Source: Eledone cirrhosa (Eukaryota). Taken from it: a stretch of DNA of 64,000 nucleotides. Shown one piece after another: positions 11,704-22,400 of the stretch. A program made the position numbers and the translations under genes. Within the stretch, counting starts at the first letter, position 1; every line of letters begins with the position of its first letter. The notes under the pieces were generated by a model. The model did not search any database and had not been told where the DNA came from. It was given only the letters and a program-made list of their open reading frames with translations. Where the stretch lies: the NCBI GenBank assembly GCA_964016885.1, contig OZ024744.1, forward strand, positions 116,312,001 through 116,376,000, given 5' to 3'.

Positions 11704-12449
11704 ATAAAACATGAGTAAATACTTGGAAAGTCTCATCAAGAAAATCAAATGAATTAGAAATTGAAATATATAAAAATCTATCAAGAAATATAGTTAGGTG
11801 TGTGTATATGTATGTATATACGCTCACAGATGTGCATATATGTGTATGCACATATGTATACGTATAGTGAAAAAGTGTGCGTAAATATAAAATTTAGGGC
11901 TAATGTATCTGTATGTCTGTAATCTACAGACAGAATAGATACATCATAAGAATATGAATATGAAGGCGCGCGCATAAACACACCTACACATACGTACACT
12001 TAGATGCGGAAGTAAAAGAGGTAAGGGAGTGTAATAATTAAAGGAAAGTATCAATCTCGATATATTTATAAAAATGTAACAATAAATTAGAAAGAAAAAA
12101 TTTTTAGAAAGAAAAAATTAAAGAAAAGAAGACAAAAAAGGGTACATACATACACAGACACGCATATCTCACAAAAGAAACGCAAAAATATACATGCTTA
12201 TATACACACGCACACTTACACATCCATACGTTCGATACGTACATACACACACACACACACACATACATACACTCACGCATATTGACCTGTTTGCATGCAC
12301 ACGCATAAAAATGAGTAAGTAAAAAAAGGGGGGGGGAGAAGAAAAAAGGAACAAAACATAAAACCTAGATGTCAAAACACGGATATAAAGACACATACAC
12401 ATACGCATAATATATACATACACACATATATATACACACACATATATAT

Positions 12450-12645
12450 ATAGGAACCAGTAAGACCCCGACAGCTGAGCTCAAGCCGTTTCGACGGCTA
12501 ATTCTGAGTCCAGAATTAGCCGTCGAAACGGCTTGAGCTCAGCTGTCGGGGTCTTACTGGTTCCTATTACCCACTCTACTACCTCAAGTATTGAGTACTT
12601 TGGTGCGTTATGGTCCACCTGGTTCCTTACCACATTTCCTTCGTT
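12450..12645 (+). mobile_element. ~195-bp insertion in the (TA)n of pLTR copy 3: perfect 57-bp palindrome containing the 3' half of an HHR, plus an ~80-bp tail
   Basis: Absent from pLTR copies 1 and 2. Arms are 12450-12506 and 12511-12567 with loop AGTC. The right arm reads ...GCCGUC-GAA-ACGGCU ugagcuc AGCUGU-C-GGGG. Confidence 0.8.
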
Positions 12646-13194
12646 ATATATATATATATATATATATACATACACGCACGCGCGCGCACATACGTAGTCG
12701 CTCATGTACATATATAGAAAGTATACACACATTAAGGCGTTCAGCCATATTGATACAGGGTGTAAAAAAACTTGTGGATAAGTAAGTACAAATATAAAAT
12801 TGTAAGATTGGCTGCGCAAAAATAAAAAAATAAAAATAAAAATGAAAAATATATCTGGTTTGGAAAACACAAATGACAAGTCTAATCAGTTAGTGAAGGA
12901 AAAAGGGAAGTAAAAAAAGGGGAAGTAAAAAATGGAAAGTGAATCGGAGAATAAAGGGGGGGGGGTGTTTATTGGTGGATGTGAAGTAAAAATAAAAATA
13001 AAAAAATAAAAAAATAAGAATAAAAACAAATGAAATTATTGACAAGGATAAAAATGAAAGTAAGTCAGAAAGGGTAATTAAAAAGAGAATAATAAGAGTT
13101 TATGGAGGATAAGTATCTGAAAGTGTGTTAAGTTTATATGAGCTGGAAAGCAGGTGTGATTTCATGTGTGGGCAACTGGTGACCCATGTTTTAT

Positions 13195-13272
13195 ATTGCC
13201 TCGTCTGACGAACGAATGAAGACGTTTCTTTCGTATTCGCCTCATTCGGGAAACCTCTGGTAATGAGGTAAT
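13195..13272 (+). ncRNA. Type I hammerhead ribozyme in the inverted terminal pLTR fragment (family C)
   Basis: attgcctcgt-ctgacga-acgaatga...tcattcgg-gaaa-cctctgg-ta-atgaggtaat; reverse complement of 4538-4615. Confidence 0.75.
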
Positions 13273-13297
13273 TATATTGTATTGATTTTTTTATACA

Positions 13298-13298
13298 T

Positions 13299-13350
<52 letters not shown>

Positions 13351-13436
13351 TATATATATAGAGAGAGAGAAAGAGAGAAAGAGAGAAAGAGAGAAAGAGA
13401 GAGAGAAAGAGTGGGGAGATAAAGAGAGAGAGAGAT
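13298..13436. repeat. Compound (TA)n/(GA)n microsatellite
   Basis: Direct reading. Confidence 0.95.
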
Positions 13437-16400
13437 GAATGAATATAACTGCAGCATAAACAGAAGATGTGTACCATTATACGATATTATTATTATCAGA
13501 TTAACATTATTATTGTTGGTGTTATTGTTGTTGTTATGATTATAGCAAGTTTCACAATAAAGATGGCTGTGTTTTGTGAGCGGACATGAAACAAGTTGGG
13601 ACAAGTTCAGCCATGAACCACATCTAAATGGTTTGCAGCAACCATCTGGAGTCTGCTATTGTCTTATTCTATTTATACATACTGGTGTCAGTCATTAGAC
13701 TGTGGCCATACTGAGGCACTACCTTGATATAGTCTACCATATCAACCTAACTACTGTTTTACTGGTGTCAGTCATTAGACTGTGGCCATACTGGGGCACT
13801 ACCTTGATATAGTCTATCATATCAACCTCAGTACTGTTTTACTGGTGTCAGACATTAGACTGTGGCCATACTGGGGCACTACCTTGATATAGTCTACCAT
13901 ATCAACCTCAGTACTGTTTTACTGGTGTCAGTCATTAGACTGTGGCCATACTGGGGCACTACTTTGATATAGTCTACCATATCAACCTTACTACTGTTTT
14001 ACTGGTGTCAGTCATTTGACTGTGGCCATACTGGGGCACTACCTTGATATAGTCTACCATATCAACCTCAGTACTGTTTTACTGGTGTCAGTCATTAGCC
14101 TGTGGCCATACTGGGGCACAGCCTTGATACAGACTACCATATCAACCTCAGTACTGTTTTACTGGTATCAGTCATTAGACTGTGGCCATACTGGGGCACT
14201 ACCTTGATATAGTCTATCATATCAACCTCAGTACTGTTTTACTGGTGTCAGTCATTAGACTGTGGCCATACTGGGGCACTACCTTGATATAGTCTACCAT
14301 ATCAACCTTACTACTGTTTTACTGGTGTCAGTCATTTGACTGTGGCCATACTGGGGCACTACCTTGATATAGTCTACCATATCAACCTTACTACTGTTTT
14401 ACTGGTGTCAGTCATTAGACTGTGACCATACTGGGGCACTACCTTGATATAGTCTACCATATCAACCTTACTACTGTTTTACTCGTGTCAGTCATTAGAC
14501 TGTGACCATACTGGGGCACTACCTTGATATAGTCTACCATATCAACCTTACTACTGTTTTACTCGTGTCAGTCATTAGACTGTGACCATACTGGGGCACT
14601 ACCTTGATATAGTCTACCATATCAACCTTACTACTGTTTTACTCGTGTCAGTCATTAGACTGTGACCATACTGGGGCACTACCTTGATATAGTCTACCAT
14701 ATCAACCTCAGTACTGTATTACTGGTGTCAGTCATTAGACTGTGACCATACTGGGGCACTACCTTGATATAGTCTACCATATCAACCTCAGTACTGTATT
14801 ACTGGTGTCAGTCATTAGACTGTGGCCATACTGGGGCACTACCTTGATATAGTCTACCATATCAACCTCAGTACAGTTTTACTGGTGTCAGTCATTAGAC
14901 TGTGGCCATACTGGGGCACTACCTTGATATAGTCTACCATATCAACCTCAGTACTGTATTACTGGTGTCAGTCATTAGACTGTGGCCATACTGGGGCACT
15001 ACCTTGTTATAGTCTACCATATCAACCTTACTACTGTATTACTGGTGTCAATCATTAGACTGTGGCCATACTGGGGCACTACCTTGATATAGTCTACCAT
15101 ATCAACCTCAGTACTGTTTTACTGATGTCAGTCATTAGACTGTGGCCGTACAGGGGCACTACCTTGATACAGTCTACCATATCAACCTTACTACTGTTTT
15201 ACTGGTGTCAGTCATTAGACTGTGGCCGTACAGGGGCACTACCTTGATATAGTCTACCATATCAACCTTACTACTGTTTTACTGGTGTCAGTCATTAGAC
15301 TGTGGCCGTACAGGGGCACTACCTTGATATAGTCTACCATATCAACCTTACTACTGTTTTACTGGTGTCAGTCATTAGACTGTGGCCATACTGGGGCACT
15401 ACCTTGATATAGTCTACCATATCAACCTTACTACTGTTTTACTGATGTCAGTCATTAGACTGTGGCCGTACAGGGGCACTACCTTGATATAGTCTACCAT
15501 ATCAACCTTACTACTGTTTTACTGGTGTCAGTCATTAGACTGTGGCCATACTGGGGCACTACCTTGATATAGTCTACCATATCAACCTTACTACTGTTTT
15601 ACTGGTGTCAGTCATTAGACTGTGGCCATACTGGGGCACTACCTTGATATAGTCTACCATATCAATCTTACTACTGTTTTACTGATGTCAGTCATTAGAC
15701 TGTGGCCGTACAGGGGCACTACCTTGATATAGTCTACCATATCAACCTTACTACTGTTTTACTGGTGTCAGTCATTAGACTGTGGCCATACTGGGGCACT
15801 ACCTTGATATAGTCTACCATATCAACCTCAGTACTGTATTACTGGTGTCAGTCATTAGACTGTGGCCATACTGGGGCACTACCTTGATATAGTCTACCAT
15901 ATCAACCTTACTACTGTTTTACTGGTGTCAGTCATTAGACTGTGGCCGTACAGGGGCACTACCTTGATATAGTCTACCATATCAACCTCAGTACTGTTTT
16001 ACTGGTGTCAGTCATTAGACTGTAGCCATACTGGGGCACTACCTTGATATAGTCTACCATATCAACCTCAGTACTGTTTTACTGGTGTCAGTCATTAGAC
16101 TGTGGCCATACTGGGGCACTACCTTGATGTAGTCTACCATATCAACCTCAGTACTGTTTTACTGGTGTCAGTCATTAGACTGTGGCCATACTGGGGCACT
16201 ACCTTGATATAGTCTACCATATCAACCTTACTACTGTTTTACTGGTGTCAGTCATTAGACTGTGGCCGTACAGGGGCACTACCTTGATATAGTCTACCAT
16301 ATCAACCTTACTACTGTTTTACTGGTGTCAGTCATTAGACTGTGGCCATACTGGGGCACTACCTTGATATAGTCTACCATATCAACCTCAGTACTGTATT

Positions 16401-19400
16401 ACTGGTGTCAGTCATTAGACTGTGGCCATACTGGGGCACTACCTTGATATAGTCTACCATATCAACCTTACTACTGTTTTACTGGTGTCAGTCATTAGAC
16501 TGTGGCCATACTGGGGCACTACCTTGATATAGTCTACCATATCAACCTCAGTACTGTATTACTGGTGTCAGTCATTAGACTGTGGCCATACTGGGGCACT
16601 ACCTTGATATAGTCTACCATATCAACCTTACTACTGTTTTACTGGTGTCACTCACTAGACTGTGGCCATACTGGGGCACTACCTTGATATAGTCTACCAT
16701 ATCAACCTCAGTACTGTATTACTGGTGTCAGTCATTAGACTGTGGCCATACTGGGGCACTACCTTGATATAGTCTACCATATCAACCTCAGTACTGTATT
16801 ACTGGTGTCAGTCATTAGACTGTGGCCATACTGGGGCACTACCTTGATATAGTCTACCATATCAACCTCAGTACTGTTTTACTGGTGTCAGTCATTAGAC
16901 TGTGGCCATACTGGGGCACTACCTTGATATAGTCTACCATGTCAACCTCACTACTGTTTTACTGGTGTCAGTCATTAGACTGTGGCCATACTGGGGCACT
17001 ACCTTGATATATTCTACCATATCAACCTCACTACTGTTTTACTGGTGTCAGTCAATAGAATGTGACCATACTGGGGCACTAGCTTGATATAGTCTACCAT
17101 ATCAACCTCACTACTGTTTTACTGGTGTCAGTCATTAGACTGTAGCCATACTGGGGCACTACCTTGATATAGTCTACCATATCAACCTCACTACTGTTTT
17201 ACTGGTGTCAGTCATTAGACTGTGGCCATACTGGGGCACTACCTTTATATAGTCTACCATATCAACCTCACTACCGTTTTACTGGTGTCAGTCATTAGAC
17301 TGTGGCCATACTGGGGCACTACCTTGATATAGTCTACCATATCAATCTCCGAACTGTTTTACTGGTGTCAGTCATTAGACTGTGGCCATACTGGGGCACT
17401 ACCTTGATATAGTCTACCATATCAACCTCACTACTGTTTTACTGGTGTCAGTCATTGGACTGTGGCCATACTGGGGCACTACCATGATATAGTCTTCCAT
17501 ATCAACCTCACTACTGTTTTACTGGTGTCAGTCAATAGACTGTGACCATACTGGGGCACTAGCTTGATATAGTCTAACATATCAACCTCAGTACTGTTTT
17601 ACTGGTGTCAGTCATTAGACTGTGTCCATACTGGCGCACTACCTTGATATAGTCTACCATATCAACCTCAGTACTGTTTTACTTGTGTCAGTCATTAGAC
17701 TGTGGCCATACTGGGGCACTACCTTGATATAGTCTACCATATCAACCTCAGAACTGTTTTACTGGTGTCAGTCATTAGACTGTGGCCATACTGGGGCACA
17801 GACTTGATATAGTCTACTATATCAACCTCAGTACTGTTTTACTGGTGTCAGTCATTAGACTGTGGCCATACTGGGGCACTACCTTGGTATAGTCTACTAT
17901 ATCAACCTCACTACTGTTTTACTGGTGTCAGTCATTAGACTGTGGCCATACTGGGGCACTACCTTGATATAGTCTACAATATCAACCTCACTACTGTTTT
18001 ACTGGTGTCAGTCATTAGACTGTGGTCATACTGGGGCACTACCTTGATATAGTCTACTATATCAACCTCAGTACTGCTTTACTGGTGTCAGTCATTATAC
18101 TGTGACCATACTGGGGCACTACCTTGATATAGTCTACAACATCAACCTCACTACTGTTTTACTGGTGTCAGTCATTAGACTGTGGCCATACTGAGGCACT
18201 AACATGATATAATCTACCATATCAACCTCAGTACTGTTTTACTGGTGTCAGTCATTAGACTGTGGCCATACTGGGGCACTACCTTGATACAGTCTACCAT
18301 ATCAACCTCACTACTGTTTTACTGGTGTCAGTCATTAGACTGTGGCCATACTGGGCCACTACCTTGATATAGTCTACAATATCAACCTCACTACTGTTTT
18401 ACTGGTGTCAGTCATTAGACTGTGGCCATACTGAGGCACTACCATGATATAGTCTACCATATCAACCTCAGTACTGTTTTACTGGTGTCAGTCATTAGAC
18501 TGTGGCCATACTGGGGCACTACCTTGATATAGTCTACTATATCAGCCTCACTACTGTTTTACTGGTGTCAGTCATTAGACTGTGGCCATACTGGGGCACT
18601 ACCTTGATACAGTCTACCATATCAATCTCAGTACTGGTTTACTGGTGTAAGTCATTAGACTGTGGCCATAATGGGGCACTATCTTGATATAGTCTACCAT
18701 ATCAATCTCAGTACTGTTTTACTGGTGTCAGCCATTAGACTGTGGCCATACTGGGGCACTACCTTGATATAGTCTACCATATCAACCTCACTACTGTTTT
18801 ACTGGTGTCAGTCATTAGACTGTGGCCATACTGGGGCACTAGCTTGATATAGTCTACCATATCAACCTCAGTACTGTTTTACTGGTGTCAGTCATTGGAC
18901 TGTGGCCATACTGGGGCACTACCTTGATATAGTCTACCATAGCAACCTCACTACTGTTTTACTGGTGTCAGTCATTAGACTGTGGCCATACTGGGGCACT
19001 ACCTTGATATAGTCTACCATATCAACCTCAGTACTGCTTTACTGGTGTCAGTTATTAGACTGTGGCCATACTGGGGCATTACCTTGATATAGTCTACCAT
19101 ATCAACCTCAGTACTGCTTTACTGGTGTCAGTTATTAGACTGTGGCCATACTGGGGCACTACCTTGATATAGTCTACCATATCAACCTCAGTACTGCATT
19201 ACTGGTGTCAGTTATTAGACTGTGGCCATACTGGGGCACTACCTTGATATAGTCTACCATATCAACCTCAGTACTGTTTTACTGTTGTCAGTCATTAGCC
19301 TGTGGCCATACTGGGGCACTACCTTGATAGAGTCTACCATATCAACCTCACTACTGTTTTACTGGTGTCAGTCATTAGACTGTGGCCATACTGGGGCATT

Positions 19401-22400
19401 ACCTTGATATAGTCTACCATATCAACCTCAGTACTGCTTTACTGGTGTCAGTTATTAGACTGTGGCCATACTGGGGCACTACCTTGATATAGTCTACCAT
19501 ATCAACCTCAGTACTGCATTACTGGTGTCAGTTATTAGACTGTGGCCATACTGGGGCACTACCTTGATATAGTCTACCATATCAACCTCACTACTGTTTT
19601 ACTGTTGTCAGTCATTAGCCTGTGGCCATACTGGGGCACTACCTTGATAGAGTCTACCATATCAACCTCAGTATTGCTTTACTGGTGTCAGTTATTAGAC
19701 TGTGTCCATACTGGGGCACTACCTTGATATAGTCTACCATATCAACCTCAGTACTGTTTTACTGGTGTCAGTCATTAGACTGTGGCCATACTGGGGCACT
19801 ACCTTGATATAGTCTACAATATCAACCTCACTACTGTTTTACTGGTGTCAGTTATTAGACTGTGGCCATACTGGGGCACTACCTTGATATAGTCTACCAT
19901 ATCAACCTCAGTACTGCTTTACTGGTGTCAGTCATTATACTGTGACCATACTGGGGCACTACCTTGATATATTCTACCATATCAACCTCACTACTGTTTT
20001 ACTGGTATCAGTCATTAGATCGTGGTCATACTGGGGCACTACCTCGATAAAGTCTACCATATCAACCTCAGTACTGTTTTACTGGTGTCAGTCATTAGAC
20101 TGTGGCCATAATGGGGCACTATCTTGATATAGTCTACCATATCAATCTCAGTACTGTTTTACTGGTGTCAGCCATTAGACTGTGGCCATACTGGGGCACT
20201 ACCTTGATATAGTCTACCATATCAACCTCACTACTGTTTTACTGGTGTCAGTCATTAGACTGTGGCCATACTGGGGCACTAGCTTGATATAGTCTACCAT
20301 ATCAACCTCACTACTGTTTTACTGGTGTCAGTCATTGGACTGTGGCCATACTGGGGCACTACCTTGATATAGTCTACCATAGCAACCTCACTACTGTTTT
20401 ACTGGTGTCAGTCATTAGACTGTGGCCATACTGGGGCACTACCTTGATATAGTCTACCATATCAACCTCAGTACTGCTTTACTGGTGTCAGTTATTAGAC
20501 TGTGGCCATACTGGGGCATTACCATGATATAGTCTACCATATCAACCTCAGTACTGCATTACTGGTGTCAGTTATTAGACTATGGCCATACTGGGGCACT
20601 ACCTTGATATAGTCTACCATATCAATCTCAGAACTGTTTTACTGGTGTCAGTCATTAGACTGTGGCCATACTGGGGCACTACCTTGATATAGTCTACCAT
20701 ATCAACCTCAGTACCGCTTTACTGGTGTCAGTCATTAGACTGTGTCCATACTGGGGCACTACCTTGATATAGTCTACAATATCAACCTCAGAACTGTTTT
20801 ACTGGTTTCAGTCATTAGACTGTGGCCATACTGGGGCACAGCCTTGATTTAGTCTACCATATCAACCTCAGTACTGTTTTACTGGTGTCAGTCATTAGAC
20901 TGTGGCCATACTGGGGCACTACCTTGATATAGTCTACAATATCAACCTCACTACTGTTTTACTGGTGTCAGTTATTAGACTGTGGCCATACTGGGGCACT
21001 ACCTTGATATAGTCTACCATATCAATCTCCGAACTGTTTTACTGGTGTCAGTCATTAGACTGTGGCCATACTGGGGCACTACCTTGATATAGTCTACTAT
21101 ATCAACCTCAGTACTGCTTTACTGGTGTCAGTCATTAGACTGTGACCATACTGGGGCACTACCTTGATATAGTCTACAATATCAACCTCACTACTGTTTT
21201 ACTGGTGTCAGTCATTAGACTGTGGCCATACTGAGGCACTAACATGATATAATCTACCATATCAACCTCAGTACTGTTTTACTGGTGTCAGTCATTAGAC
21301 TGTGGCCATACTGGGGCACTACCTTGATACAGTCTACCATATCAACCTCACTACTGTTTTACTGGTGTCAGTCATTAGACTGTGGCCATACTGGGCCACT
21401 ACCTTGATATAGTCTACAATATCAACCTCACTACTGTTTTACTGGTGTCAGTCATTAGACTGTGGCCATACTGAGGCACTACCATGATATAGTCTACCAT
21501 ATCAACCTCAGTACTGTTTTACTGGTGTCAGTCATTAGACTGTGGCCATACTGGGGCACTACCTTGATATAGTCTACTATATCAGCCTCACTACTGTTTT
21601 ACTGGTGTCAGTCATTAGACTGTGGCCATACTGGGGCACTACCTTGATACAGTCTACCATATCAATCTCAGTACTGTTTTACTAGTGTAAGTCATTAGAC
21701 TGTGGCCATACTGGGGCACTACCTTGATATAGTCTACCATATCAACCTCACTACTGTTTTACTGGTGTCAGTCATTAGACTGTGGCCATACTGGGGCACT
21801 AGCTTGATATAGTCTACCATATCAACCTCACTACTGTTTTACTGGTGTCAGTCATTGGACTGTGGCCATACTGGGGCACTACCTTGATATAGTCTACCAT
21901 AGCAACCTCACTACTGTTTTACTGGTGTCAGTCATTAGACTGTGGCCATACTGGGGCACTACCTTGATATAGTCTACCATATCAACCTCAGTACTGCTTT
22001 ACTGGTGTCAGTTATTAGACTGTGGCCATACTGGGGCATTACCATGATATAGTCTACCATATCAACCTCAGTACTGCATTACTGGTGTCAGTTATTAGAC
22101 TATGGCCATACTGGGGCACTACCTTGATATAGTCTACAATATCAACCTCAGAACTGTTTTACTGGTGTCAGTCATTAGACTGTGGCCATACTGGGGCACA
22201 GCCTTGATATAGTCTACCATATCAACCTCAGTACTGTTTTACTGGTGTCAGTCATTAGACTGTGGCCATACTGGGGCACTACCTTGATATAGTCTACAAT
22301 ATCAACCTCACTACTGTTTTACTGGTGTCAGTTATTAGACTGTGGCCATACTGGGGCACTACCTTGATATAGTCTACCATATCAATCTCCGAACTGTTTT

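Larger units (their letters stand above)
4432..13300 (-). mobile_element. Penelope-like retroelement (Naiad-like), partial-tandem array pLTR-ORF-pLTR-ORF-pLTR with a short inverted 5' end, inserted in (TA)n
   Basis: Direct repeats start at 4432, 7882 and 11520 (periods 3450 and 3638). RT+GIY-YIG ORFs lie between them. The third unit stops at 13182 inside the ORF 3' end and is followed by an inverted pLTR piece (13182-13300). (TA)n tracts flank both ends. Confidence 0.92.

Noticed and set aside
4547-13604. Hydrophobic Y/I/V/C-rich ORFs (e.g. 5080-5586, 8578-9042, 12169-12441, 13272-13604)
   Set aside because: Translations of (TA)/(CA)/(GA) microsatellites in the pLTRs and flanks.
13437-13679. 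Unique-looking spacer before the satellite as a possible exon or promoter
   Set aside because: Short, partly (ATT/GTT)n, with no recognisable motif or supportable gene structure.
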